Positions 1 to 14,569 of a stretch of 64,000 nt of DNA are shown in pieces (positions within the stretch are counted from its first letter, which is position 1; the number at the start of each line of letters is the position of its first letter). The position numbers were made by a program, and so were the translations under genes. The stretch lies in NCBI GenBank assembly GCA_012295275.1, contig CM022671.1, forward strand, positions 28,768,001-28,832,000, in the 5' to 3' direction. The stretch comes from Chrysomallon squamiferum. Taxonomy: Eukaryota; Animalia; Mollusca. The notes under the pieces were generated by a model. It was not told the DNA's origin, ran no database searches, and saw only the letters and a program-made list of their open reading frames with translations.

Positions 1-481
1 GTGTGTGTGTGCGTGTGTGTGTGTTGTTTCTTTAAATGTATACATACATGTGTATATGTCGGTGAAATGAAACAAAAATTCATTGTCTGATTAATCTATA
101 AAAACATTACTCAAGGTCATACACACAGCTATATATGTGTGTGTGTATGTGTGTGTGTGTGTTCATGCACAAAAATACACCCACGCATGTATCATTTCAC
201 TTTCAGCAATAACAATTCAAAATAACAGGTGTCTGTTTCTGTTAACTTTGTGTTACTATTTTACGGCTGTGTTTTATGTATTCATATCAGCTGTCATCTT
301 CTAGCTTTGAACCTTGCAGTTTAAAATAGAATACATGCTGAAAAGCTTAGTAATTTTAAACTCCGTAAGAAAAAGAAATAAGAAAAACATACATACGTAC
401 AATGACTTTGTATATATATATATGTACGTACATATGTATGTATGTATGTTTTTAATATTTATTTATAGATAGTTAGACAGG

Positions 482-517
<36 letters not shown>

Positions 518-554
518 GATATCTATCTATACATACACACAAACATACACACAC

Positions 555-659
<105 letters not shown>

Positions 660-794
660 TATAGATATATAGTTTTATGTACGTGCATGCGTGCGTACGT
701 GTCTGTGTGTATATAACTTTATGTGCGTATGCGTGTGCATATGTATGTGTGTGTGTAATAGTTATAAGAAAGAGGAGGTAGTATTTTTTTCAGT

Positions 795-990
795 ACGTCA
801 GTGGTTGTAGCCAGTTTCGGGGTTCGATCTCCAGCCACGCTGAGGTTAATAACTTGACCCGTTCTGCTGTTGTGAAGAAATGTGAAACCTGCGAGTTAAT
901 TAGATATATATATATACCATGAGTAACAGGACCAATCCTTTTTAACTGGGTTTTTCCCGTTCTTTGTATATGACAGATCCCTGCTCCATA
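795..990 (+). mobile_element. Possible tRNA-derived SINE remnant
   Basis: A-box-like TCAGTGGTT followed by B-box GGTTCGATCTCC at 821-832. No cloverleaf. Confidence 0.3.
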
Positions 991-3077
991 ATATTATCCG
1001 TAAGTTCACAATAACCTTTATATACATATATATATTTTCACACAATCATTACAAAACATTGTGAGCAATACCTTTCAGAGTGTAAACCAAAAAAAAAGTA
1101 GTTACTTTCTGCCTGTAATAACAAGTAATATAAAATTATGTTTAAAGTGTTAATTCACTTATACCGTAGTTTTATAGAAGTAACGGCAATTAACTCGCCA
1201 TAATTTCTACCGTTCAACGCAGAGCCTTGACCTAAACGTCTATCGTTATCCTGCGATCTGTTGTTTGTTTCTGAGAGTGGAACGTAAAGGTGTGCGAGGG
1301 ATAGGGCAACGTGCGTCAACACGTGAAAGGTATATCGTTTAGTGTGGTTAACGGCAGAGTTTCTATCAATGACTGAGTTTCTCGAGCACTGTTAGAAAGG
1401 TTGCGTTTAGTTGTAAAGGTTTAATGTGATTATATTTCTACGCTGTTGTCTGTTGTTTTGTTGGGAGATTTTTGTGGGGGGTTTTGGGGGAGAGGTTGTT
1501 TGTTTATTTGTTGTTATGGGTTTGTTTGTTTGGTGCTTTTTTTAAGTTTCTTTTTCAGGGTGTTTTTTTTTTTGTTTGTTTGTTTTTTTAAATTTATTTT
1601 TGTTTATTTTATTTTATTTTATTTTTTTTTTTTTGCACATGTAAATACGATTTTCATTATTATTTAACCAAGCTTTTTAAAGACACATCAACGTCATCGA
1701 CATCGTCATCTTTATCATCACGATATCTATTTAAAATTCTACAGACTTAATTTAATTCAAGTTGTACGTGTGTTTTTGTACTCGAATATAAACCTTCACT
1801 CCTTTCATAAATATTTGTGAACCACTAATAAACTAGAGAACTTTTCACCACCAAAGCTGTTACAAACATCAATAGACGTGTTTGTAAGACAGAAAATAAA
1901 CAGATCTATAGGTAAACTAACACGTAATTACGTGCAGTATGAAACAAAATGTGTATATGACTATTGATGGTGATAATAACTTGTTGTTTTCATAGCAGAA
2001 TCCAATAGGAATACATGATTATATATGTGACGAGTGTGAGGTATACAATGTTTTGTATTTGTGTATCTGTATGTTTCTTCGACGCCAGTTGTTTGTGTGT
2101 CTGTCTCTCTGTGCGTGTATGTGTATTGATATCTGTATGTACGTGTGTATGTGTGTGTGTGTGTGTGTGTTAATATGCTTTTATTAACCGTTAATTACTT
2201 TGGGTTTTTTTGGGGGGGGTTCATTATTATTCCTGCACAAAAATAAATAATTAACTGTCATAAAATAATTATTTTCTTAAATAAATATTATCAGTCATAA
2301 AGTTTTTTTTTTTCTTCTAATAATCGATTATTCTTGAACGAAACAGAAAATAATAATAATAAAATAAAACGTATTAGTTACAAGTACGAATCGTCGAATT
2401 CACAAAGGGAAGGACGCTCTCATTGTTAATGATATATTACCTTCATGATTAAATGAAAATCGTTTTAGACAAATGCGTACATTTATTATTATACTTAAAA
2501 TTCAAAAATGAAGAGAGCCCTGTGATTATCTCTCTGAATCGTCTGTTTTGGAATGCACATAGGAAAATTAAATTAAATTAAAAATAAAAACTCCGTGCTC
2601 GTTTCTTTCTGATGACCTTAGACTTTTGGTCAGACTCTACTGGCCGAATGTTGACTAGAAATTTAGACTCCGTGGAATTAATTCCTGTCCACTTCTAATT
2701 AAGCCTGGCTTAGCTAAACTGGTATTTAGAATAGCAGATAATGAAAGCTTGTGATAAATTCGATACTATGAATGCATGTCGTTTGAGGCCTGGTTATAAT
2801 TATTATCATAAACGTCAAGGACTTCTGTACCCGGAGAGTTCAAACAAGGGAGATAAATCGAGAGACAGGAAGTTGTATACTTATTGTTTTTGTTGGCATA
2901 GTTATAATTATATTAGAGATGCGTTCTTTAAAATTAAATAATTCTACTGCAGATAAAATTATTAAAGCTTATTTTTGCAAAATCATTATAAAGGGCAGAG
3001 GAATCAGATACAGAGAAAGACGAGGAGAGAGAGGTGGAGTCAAAGTTATAGAAAAAGACCATGTCTTTATCTCCGAC

Positions 3078-3145
<68 letters not shown>

Positions 3146-3608
3146 TAAGACAGTGTGGGTGAAAGAGAGAATTAGAGAGATGTTGTAATGGGGTCTGTGA
3201 AAAGTCTTGTGTAATCGATGTTTCGGCGCTCCTCGTTATATCTCGTGATAATCTTGTTATCTTAGCTGTATTTTTTTTTTCCCAGTCGTTATCTCTTCCG
3301 TTTCTTTCTCTCTTTTTTTTCTCTTTTACTAATGTGACTATTTCAGCGCTAGAAAAACAGTGAACTATCAAGTAAAAATAAGGGAATTAGAACTGGCGTT
3401 TGTCACAGAGCCAAACGAATGATCAGCAACTGTTTCGCGTCTTTTTCGTCTGCTTCTTTTCAGTATTTATTTATTTTATTATTATTATTTATATAAATCT
3501 GTTTTCTTTTGAGTGAATAGAAACCGCTACTTGTTTTCAGTTGTTCGGATTTTTGAAGTCAATAAACCTTCAACAAGATAACAAATTTCGCTTTCCGTAT
3601 GACATACA

Positions 3609-3724
<116 letters not shown>

Positions 3725-4890
3725 CTCATAGATTTTCGATGATGCTGTCTGTCTCTCTGTCTTTATCTATCTATGTAATTAATCTGCCTATCTATTTCTC
3801 TATGTATTTGTGCATACACATTTTTATATAATTATATTAACATTCATAGCGTTACTGAAAAACTATATCTATGTTTTTTTTTTTTTTACATCAGTCGAAT
3901 CACTTTCTGACAATTTTCTCTTTCAGTAATTGTTATTGTCCTTTAATTTCTTATTCATGAATATTTTCTTTAGAAGGTGCTCCTACTCAGTTTTGTCGAA
4001 AATCACTGAACATTCTGGTATGAAAGCCGAAAAGTCTAAAACCCCACCATGATTGGATAACGTTTATGCTTTGCGTGTAATTTGTAATCTTAACAAATCT
4101 TCGAGTATTTACGTTTAACAAGAACCATTGCTATCCGCACACATCTAGAACGAAAGCTGCTGATAATTAACCACTACAACTGACAAGCGAAGTGGAAAAG
4201 AAACACGTAGTAACTTTCCTCATTAGTTTAATTGGACATGATATTTGTGAAAATAGCCGGGGAAAAACACTCATACATAAAAACCATTGTCGTAGAATGT
4301 AGACTAACTAACTTGGGCGGATCAAGCATTAAGAACGGAGAGAGGGGGTGCCTGCGCCAGGGTACCACTGATGAAACATTTTAAGATAGAAATAACAGTG
4401 AGCTTTGCAATAAAGACAGTAGTAGGATTGGGGATGCTAGGAATAACCTCCTAGATAAGCCTGTGGAATTTTGGGGTCGTCAGATTATTTACTTATAGAT
4501 CATCTTCGCTAAACGTGTACGAGTTCAGTTTTAAGGTGTACTGTATGTGGTATATTTAGATTAGTTTTGATTGATGATGTTGTTCATGTTTCTGAAATCA
4601 CTGGTAAAGAAATATTCCGAGATTTACGAACTAGCTTGGTTTGTGAACGATGTTAAGTTATTTTTAATATGTACACCAGCGAAACAAATTCTAATTCAGA
4701 ACGTTGTGTAGCAACAGAACCAAAAACAAATAAACAAAATATATAGATAGTTTTTAAAACAGAAAAAAAATCTTTGTAATTGGATTTCTCTTTTTATACC
4801 GTACAATAACATAAATAAATATATTAGTAATAAAAATAAATGAACATAAATAATAATTATTATAACAATGGTAACGAAATGTGTGTTTTG

Positions 4891-5010
4891 TGTGTGTGTG
4901 TGATGTACGATATTTTCACCAAAGAATAATTCAAAATTTTTATTATTACTATCATCATGAACAAATTTGAATTATTTTTTGGTGAAAATATCGTACATCA
5001 CACACACACA
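4891..5010. repeat. 45-bp inverted repeat with 30-nt spacer
   Basis: 4891-4935 matches the reverse complement of 4966-5010 at 44/45 positions. Confidence 0.92.
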
Positions 5011-5672
5011 TAAACACACACATAATAGAGTTTCGGATTTTGGGATAAAAGGAGATAGCATGAGAACAGAATCAAAGTCTAAACACGAAATAGCATAGGA
5101 ATAGTTGACGTAGTAGTAGTAGTAGCTAGTAGAAGCAAATACTAACAGCTGCAGCAGCAGTAGCAGTAGTAAATAACATGAAAATATTAACAAACGAGAG
5201 TTCAGAAGTGATTAAGTTCTTAATTTATCTATGATATTCATCTTATTTAACTGCACATAAAGTAATTTCATGTTTATTAATGCTCGTTCACAAAATGCCA
5301 ATATATATACTGAAATATGCTTAACAGACAACCACAGAATGTCCCCATTCCAGGGATTCCAATAGAAATCATTTTAATTAATCCGTCCCTTTGGGAAAAT
5401 GATATCCGTTTTAATGGCCGTATTAATAACATAGTAATGCCGCTTTATTCCTAGCCTGGCCTCTTTACACACTCGAGCCAAGAGTATTCTAGCGGGGCGT
5501 TAATAACAGGCTGAATAATTGGCAGGCTAGAATGGAAAAGCATCTTGTCATAATTCACAGCCTAATAAGCCGTCTGCAGCCCTTGTGATTAACTCAAAGA
5601 TTTTCTAATTCTGGATTTTCAGTAACGACCCGAACACAAATAAACCCCGTTATTTGTCGTTTTTGTTACCAG

Positions 5673-5750
5673 CCGTATGGAAATTATCGACTAATTGGTC
5701 CTGAGGAATGACCGCATGGAGTTTATCGACTAATTTGTCCTATGAAATGA
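5673..5750. repeat. 2 x 39-bp tandem duplication
   Basis: CCGYATGGA..TTATCGACTAATTKGTCCT....AATGA at 5673 and 5712. Confidence 0.8.
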
Positions 5751-6078
5751 TTACCGAATGCATAAAGTGTTGAAAATTACTGCAGTTTCTTGATATTTTT
5801 TGTGTGTGTGTGTTAAATTTGACCTAGGGCTAAGGGAGTTTACTCGTGTCCGTACTGTATGGAAGATAGCGAGTGAAATTAATTTCTGAGGGAAAATGGC
5901 AACGTAAAATAAAATGCGTTAATGAAAATATAATTAATTATTAATTTTAGAAATAACGGAGTCCACTGAGAAAGAAAAGTTAGACAAAAAAAATGTAATA
6001 ATAAATACGAAAATGGTGTAAATGATTTTTCCATTTAGTTTTTTATTTTTTTTTTTTTTTTAAAAATAGAAGAAAGTG

Positions 6079-6116
<38 letters not shown>

Positions 6117-7260
6117 GATGATGATAACGATAATAATAATGATAAATAATAAGAAGAAGAAGAAGAAGAAAACGAAGAAGAAATCAAAAAAAAAAAATAA
6201 TTCGATTATACACACACACAAAAAAACTTTTAAAAACTAAAAAAATATAAAATAGAATAAAATAAATTGCAATTTAAATGTTTTTATTTTTATGTTTTAC
6301 ACCGTTTTCAAAGATATTTCCATTTTACGTCAAAGTAACACTAAAATCGACATCTTTCTTTTTATCGTTCTATCAACTTCATTCGAGTAGCAAATCTCAA
6401 GAGAAAAATAAATAAAAAATAAAAAAATAAAAGAAAGAAATATTAAATCGCCAAATTCGAATTGAAAACGCTAAAAGAAAATTACCTTTCATCATCGAAT
6501 ACATTGTGCAATTTGTAGAATAAAACATAAAATGCATTTTCAATTTGAAAGATTTTCCGCTTGTCCATTACTGACTCTGTGTTCCTGCACAATTTCGGTG
6601 TAGCGCTTAAATGTTGCCTTCGGCTTTTTATCCCGAACGATTTATCGTCACTCAACATTCTGTGTGAAGCCTCGATATTTCAAATTTTTCTTTCCCACAA
6701 AAAGGTTCCAGAAAATAAACTTAAATCGACTGTTAAGAAAATTTACTTTATTTTCTGTTTTATTTCTTTGTTTTTTTGTTGTTGTTTTTTTTCTTTATTT
6801 CGTTTGTTTTTCTTGTTGATTTTTTATTTTTTGTTTGTTTGTTTTCTTGTGTTTGTTTTGTTTTTCTGGTTGCTTTTGATTTATTTTATATTTTATTTCG
6901 TTTTACATAGAATTTTGAATAAAAATTTTAATTGAATAAATTATTTTTGAAAAACAATAATAAATTTCCTTATAAAATATATATCAAATAAATAAATAAA
7001 TAAATAAATAAATGATAATGATAATGACGACAGCAAAAATGAAATAGAAAAAGAAAAAATTAATAGTTCGAATAATAAAAGGAAAAAGAAAAGAAAAAGG
7101 AACGAAAAGGAAACAAATTAACTAAATAGAAAACTGATAAGAAATCTTTTTATAAAAATGTCAAAACATTCAGTCATCATATAATCTGCAAATTGAAAAA
7201 TGTTCATAATCTGATCGTTCAGCTCTGATATCGAATATAATTTTAAAAAAAAGTATCTGC

Positions 7261-7392
7261 CACTGCAACAAGAAAGGAAGATGTAAAACCACTGTCCAGT
7301 TCTCACTGCAATAAGAAAAGAAGATGTAAAACCACTGTCCAGTTCTCATTGGAGTAAGAAAAGAAGATGTAAAACCACTGTCCAGTTCTCAC
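7261..7392. repeat. 3 x 43-bp tandem repeat
   Basis: CACTGCAAYAAGAAARGAAGATGTAAAACCACTGTCCAGTTCT starting at 7261, 7304 and 7347 (third copy varies at its 5' end), followed by a poly-T run. Confidence 0.92.
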
Positions 7393-8133
7393 CTTTTTTT
7401 TTTTTTTTTTTTTTGTCTCACGAAGTCCGCAATCCATCACAGCCACGAAAGAACGAGAGTAATTTTCGAGACCCTAAATATAATTTCATCTGCATCATTT
7501 GTTCCAGTACGTGACAGAAGGGTCGTGTGAAGATATTCCGGGATCGCAGACGGTGATGGAAGGGTGATGGAAGTGTGACGGGAGGGTGACAGAAGTATGA
7601 CGGATCAGTCCCTTAGAAAAGACTTTCTGATTTTCCGAGTCTTCATCAGGAATTCAGAGCACATCGCCCGCTAAGGTCATGGACAATTACAGGAGGGCGG
7701 CCATTCCCTTGTTTGTACCTGATTACTTAATTTTTCATTTGACAGATCTGATTTCCCTGGTCTATCATATTTGATTTACTGCTGCCGTTATTTAACTCGT
7801 TTTTGGAGTCGTGATTTTTGCTCGCATCCAAATCACGCGCCGGAGTTAATGGAAAAGACGACGCAAGCTGTTTTAGCGTTGTGCAGAAGATTGTTTTGAA
7901 GATAAGAGCCGCACGAATAAAAACAAATCCATAATTTTGGTACTGAAAATGCCCGTTAGGATCTGAAGCAAAGATTTATTTAAAGTTTGATGTTTTTGTA
8001 ATATAAGCATCAGATTTTATTATCTAAATCCGGGCGTTTTTTCTCGATGATGTCTGCAGATTTTTTATGAAATGTTTCTGATTCTGCTGGGGTTTTTTTT
8101 TTTTTTTTTCTTTGTTTCGTACAATGCTCTAAT

Positions 8134-8228
<95 letters not shown>

Positions 8229-8939
8229 CAGCTCTTCACTGTAACACTTAACAACGTTTGAACCAATCTAAATTTAATCATTTTATTAATAACCTCCAGT
8301 CAGTGAAATATCGGATGACAAACCGAATGTGAAGTATTTAACTTGGTTATCGATTCCTAATTCTTCATAACCAAACAGTCATAACTTCGTGTTTGTATTG
8401 AGGATCATCAGGTCTTATTTCATTGGCGGTTTTCATTAATTCAATTTATCATTAACCATCGATTTTCCTCTTAATTCATCGTTGAACCTTTTGATTACCC
8501 TAGGAATAATTAATCATATTAATACAATAAGCTATTGAAATAAGAACATTATAATATCATTTTTATATTACTACCTGTAATGATTTTAATTAAAGACGTT
8601 TTTTATTGATTAACTCAATGCAAATACGGCATTAAAGGCGTTTAAATGCGTCGTTAGATTTTGTATTTATTTTGTGCAGATAAGCTTTAAGCGGTGAAGT
8701 TAATTAGGTGCGTTCTTTTCTTTGCTTCGATTTGTGATGACTATTTGTAACGAGGGGTTTGACTGGTTGAGTTGTTGACAATTAGTTTAAGCTAAAGTGG
8801 ATGTGTTTTAATCCTATTAGTCTTGATCGCAAGGTCTCGTAATATTTCAATATAAATATTGTACAAATCTTTAATTAGCATTAGTCGTAATATTTACAGT
8901 GCTTTCTAGATGAGTATCATTTTCAAAAGGAATGTATTA

Positions 8940-9021
8940 TGTATAGGTACTTACGTACGTATACATATGTGCATATACGTACGTGTATATGTAGGAATGT
9001 ACGAATATATGTATGTGCATA

Positions 9022-9052
<31 letters not shown>

Positions 9053-9116
9053 TATATGTGTGTTTGTGTGTGTGTGTGTGTGTGAGTGTGTTTGTATGTA
9101 TGTACATATGTACATA

Positions 9117-9149
<33 letters not shown>

Positions 9150-9152
9150 GTG

Positions 9153-9187
<35 letters not shown>

Positions 9188-9244
9188 TATGTACGTACAT
9201 ATGTATGTATATATGTATGTATATATATATATATATATATTATA

Positions 9245-9284
<40 letters not shown>

Positions 9285-9300
9285 TATGTACGAATATATG

Positions 9301-9350
<50 letters not shown>

Positions 9351-9384
9351 AGTGTGTGTGTTTGTATGTACGTACATATATACA

Positions 9385-9450
<66 letters not shown>

Positions 9451-9657
9451 GTATGTATGTACATATGTACATATGTGTGTATATATATATATATATATAT
9501 TATATGTGTTTGTGTGTGTGTGTGTGTGTGAGTGTGTTTGTATGTACGTACATATGTACATATGTGTGTATATATATATATATATATTATATGTGTTTTG
9601 TGTGTGTGTGTGTGTGAGTGTGTGTTTGTATGTACGTACATATGTACATATGTATGT

Positions 9658-9717
<60 letters not shown>

Positions 9718-9919
9718 TATGTACGTACATATGTATATTGTATATATATATATATATATATATTATATGTGTTTGTGTGTGTGTGTGTGTGAGTGTGTTT
9801 GTATGTACGTACATATGTATGTGTATATATATATATATATATTATATGTGTGTGTGTGTGTGTGTGTGTGAGTGTGTTTGTATGTACGTACATATGTATG
9901 TATATATATATATATATAT

Positions 9920-9950
<31 letters not shown>

Positions 9951-9982
9951 TTGTATGTACGTACATATGTACATATGTGTGT
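8940..9982. repeat. Higher-order compound microsatellite array, about 11-12 units of 75-95 bp
   Basis: Recurring unit TTTGTATGTACGTACATATGT...(TA)n TTATAT (GT)n. TTTGTATGTA recurs at about 9091, 9184, 9281, 9361, 9448, 9537, 9625, 9714, 9798, 9877 and 9950. Confidence 0.92.
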
Positions 9983-10292
9983 AAGCTTGCGCGTCAGTGT
10001 TAATATGTCTTTTTTCATTTTGTCAAGTATCACTTGACATTTTCCCGCGGTTTGACAGGGACACTTCTGCGCCAGTTTGAAAGCACTTGCTGATGTCAGT
10101 AACACCAGACGAATCTCATCAGTCTGGTGTCATGCTGGTTTGAGAAAATAAATTTGCGTGTGTACAATATTCAAGAGGGTTACATTCCATCTTCTTTCAC
10201 ATCCCATTCATTACAAACTCTACAACACAAACACGTCGTTGATATTGTAGCTTTTTCCTTAAAACGTGTTTGAATGTTAGATGTGTGTGTGT

Positions 10293-10417
<125 letters not shown>

Positions 10418-11482
10418 AGTGAGCGGGAGGGCGAGACAGAGTGATAAAGAGAGAATCAGAGAGAGGACAGAGAGGAAAAGAGAAAGGAAGAGAAAGATGG
10501 GGATTAAAGTACAGTTGTATGTGAGCATGGTGTTATTCATTCATTTTATTTTATGATTTTTTATTTTTTTAAATTACCTTTTCAATTAAGTCTAGTATAT
10601 CTGTACATCATATATTTTATAATTTATTATAACTTCTGAGTTTACATATATATATGCATTAACAAAGTAATAATGAAAGAAAAATAAAGCCCATCTTGAG
10701 TCAAACATTGTATTTCCAGAATACCAGAACTTTGTATTAAAAAAACCTAACAATCTTATAGCTTCTTTCTGTCTTTATCCTCGTAACAATTTTCTGTTTA
10801 TAGTCAAGTATCTCAAACCTCTATTTACAACTGTATCACCTTTCATTTGAATGTATTGACAATAACACGGCTTATTTGTTAATCGTCTGCATAAAAACCC
10901 TGAGTTATTTGACGGGACATCTCTCTTTCTCTCTACAGTCATCCGATCCGACAGCACAATTATCCCATCTCTCACGTTCTCCGATAAGTAGGAAATACAA
11001 CCGTAACAGATGTCTCGATCTCGCTTTAATGCGCCGAGTGCGTGACTTTGCGAGACTTCAGAATCACAAAATTCAAAAGCGCCGCCTGTCTCTCCACGGG
11101 GCGACAATTGGGGATATTCAATCGACTCGATTCTTCACTCGAACAATGTGACTTGGTTTCTAATCAACTAAGCGAATCAAAGGATACTGCCGGCGCGTGT
11201 AACGTACGAGAAAAGAATGCTTAACTAATAAAAGGGAGAATATTTCTCATCTGATTATGACGGTCCAGAACACCATTTTCATTATTCCCGTAGCGACTGA
11301 CGTAGATTGTTAGGTGTTCTATGGAATTTGTGTGAACCGGTTGAAAAGGTAAAAAATTCGTAGTAATCAAATGACTGGCACGCGAACTGGTCAGCAGTTC
11401 TTGTAATACGGAACAATCATTCTTCTGAAATATCGCGCCAAGATGTCAGAAGTCGACGAGAGAGCGTGAACGAGTGAAAGAT

Positions 11483-11513
<31 letters not shown>

Positions 11514-11571
11514 AAGAAAAAAAAAAAAAAAAAGAAGAAGAAGAAGACGGAAAGAAAGAAAAAAAAGTTTA

Positions 11572-11722
11572 AAAGCAATTTTCGAAACGCACGCAACATT
11601 AGAACCAGCGCGTTTGAAAGGTATCGCCGTACAGGGTCAATCTGAAGAGTTAAAGCAATTTTCGAACCGGCACGCAATGTTCGGACCACCACGGCGGAAC
11701 GGTGTCGGATTACAGGGTCAAT
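11572..11722. repeat. Diverged direct repeat, 2 x about 70 bp (period 80)
   Basis: Both copies begin AAAGCAATTTTCGAA, contain GCACGCAA and end TACAGGGTCAAT. Confidence 0.85.
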
Positions 11723-12571
11723 TTAATTAATTGACGCTGGCATGTTGGCGTGCGGTAGAACTTGTGATCTTTCAAAACAAAAGGTGTGATGATTGACGTG
11801 AAAGTAAACGCTGACGTCTCCCAAGCAATGAAATATTCAGCTGATGAAGCGGAAGCTGACGTGGTGGATTTCTTTTTTTTAAATTTTTTATCACGGATCA
11901 GAGCTGAAAGGAAGTGAAACGTAAAACTGTGATTTGAAACAAGAATCTTTCCTTTTTCGAGGTATTTTGTATTAGTTTTATTACTATTATTACCACTACA
12001 GCTCTACTACTGCTGCTACTTATACTACTACTACCACACTACTGTTGTAATTACTACTGTTACTTTCACTGCTACTACCATTTCTGCTGTTCTTGCTGCT
12101 ACCACTACATACATACAATGACACATATATACGTTTTGTTTGTTCATACTAAGATTGATACATAACATATACACTTGCTACATACATACATACATTCATA
12201 CATACATGCATACATTACATACACACAAGCACTAAAAAAGGACAACTATTTCATTTAAAGATAATTTGATAACACACGTATTATTGAATTTTACTTACTT
12301 CGTGTTTGACAATTTTTTACTCTCTCGAGGTTAGGGAGAAGATTAAAATCAAATAAACTTTGTCTGATATTCGCCTAAGTGTATTAACTGTAGACATACT
12401 TCGTTGTATGTTATGTCTGGCATCTATGAAATGGTCTTCACATATAACGTTTGATCGATACGAAAGTTAGTACACAGAGGTTTATATCAGTCGTATTTTG
12501 ACATCTCGAACTGAGACAAGAATACAGTCGCGCCGGAAAATTAGATCGATTCTTTTTCTAACTCTACTGAT

Positions 12572-12622
<51 letters not shown>

Positions 12623-14441
12623 CCTATACATACCCACACACACTCAGGCGCACGCAGACACACAGACACACATACAGAGACATAAACACACACACACATA
12701 CACACACACACACACACACAAACACACACATATATATATAAACGAATAATTTTTAAGAGTTACTTTTTCAGTCAGTTTGAATGCTGGTGCCCCTGTATTA
12801 ATTTTATACTAGTGAAACAAACATGATATATTTCTTGTGTTATAAATATATAGATTTTTAATGCTGCTTTGTGTGTTCAGAGCGCCGCAAGGAGGCTATA
12901 CCGTTCAGATTTAGAATCACTGATATAGACATACATTCAGACACACGCACGCACACAAACATATTCTACGTACGTACGTACCTATATAAAAAAAATAAAA
13001 AATGCCCTACTTGGATTCGTTACCTGTCAGTCCTTAGCTTATTATTTAATGGACGGGTATGGAGACATAATGAAATGAAATTCAGAAGTCGGGCGAAGAA
13101 TTTTATTTTGTTGAAAGATTTTAATCTTCTCTCGTATTTATAAAGATGGTTTTCAGGAAAAAAAACACTTTTTGTTATGAGACACAAAATAGTAATACGA
13201 GATGGCAAAAGGAACTGAAAATAAAAAAGATATTCTTAAGAAAAATAGCTTTTAGTTTCTTTTCAAAGCACTAATCCATTGCTAGTAAAGGTTAAATATA
13301 TAATGTTCGTTCCTCTCTAAGGAAATCTGGCTTTTAATAAAAAGATTTAAAAAGAAAATAAACAAATCAGTTTTTAATAACGGATTAATCGGGGGGGTGC
13401 GGGTGGGGAAGAAGAATCCTTGCATCTTTTTATTATCAATCTTCTTTGTTTTGTTTTTCTGAGAACCTATGATTAATACTAATAATGCACTGTGCTCTAT
13501 TAAACAAATGTTCATTTTTTATTCATCAGACCCCTCATTAAACGTATCTTGTAATTAGTGATATTAATACGGTGGCATTTGCCATTACCATTACAAAACA
13601 GTTTCTGACTTTTTGTCACACGTTGCAGCTGTAACCTGTGCAGGCAAATGGCGTTATTATTCTCAGACTGTTAGACACACGAACACGTTAAAACACTTAA
13701 AGAAACTGCAGAAATCTCTTTAATATTCGTTATCGACAAACTGGAGTTACTCACCCATGATAAATAATTATAGATTAACTATAACGTCTTACTCGCCACA
13801 AATGCGCTATCAGCTTTTGTTATTACGTCATTAGCGAGACAAAACATTAATCTGTAGCGTCAAAGATCTGTAGTCTCATTTGCATTTGTTACCTTTAACG
13901 ATTAATTTCACAGAATTAAATTATTACAAAATAACGACCGAGCGTCCGTTGTCTTGATGGGAATGAATAAAAGTTTCTTGTGTAATCGAGGTTTCGGTAA
14001 ACTTCGCTTTGTCTCGTGATAATCTCGATAATTATTAGTGGGCGAAGCTTCAAAAAGTCAAAAGAGCCTCATTATTCTATAACAAAACAGGAACATATGG
14101 AAACCAATCCATTAATTAATATATATATATATATATCCACACTTATATATACATAATTTTATGGAATAAATAAATACAATATTATTTATAAATGAATTTT
14201 ATTTACTTTGTCCTAAATTTCGCATTTCTATGTATATGTAATAATAACAACATTATTATGATGGTAATTTCATGACATTTTATTTAAATGGATTCCTATA
14301 ACTTTGTTACTGATGGTAATGTCGGCGACTGATCATTATTTTAACTCATTTCTGATAATATAATTTATCTTGGCTCTGTTTCAAAGGGAGATATATTTAC
14401 TTTTATACATACATGAATGAAATAAAGGCGAGTGTGTGTTG

Positions 14442-14569
<128 letters not shown>

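Noticed and set aside
4315-4465. Possible MITE with GGGCGGATC-type termini
   Set aside because: The putative terminal inverted repeats match poorly and no target-site duplication is evident.
7261-7392. 43-bp repeats as a CRISPR array
   Set aside because: Units are contiguous with no unique spacers, there are no cas genes, and the context is eukaryotic.
8910-10105. Cluster of long ORFs (up to 261 aa) on both strands
   Set aside because: Translations of (TA)n/(TG)n repeats ([12 protein letters not shown]) with no coding complexity. The same applies to the SLSL, ERER, poly-F, poly-I and poly-M ORFs throughout the window.
10775-11224. Overlapping 60-110 aa ORFs in a CpG-rich island
   Set aside because: Non-ATG starts, no domain similarity and no consistent splice-site pair. 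More likely regulatory sequence.
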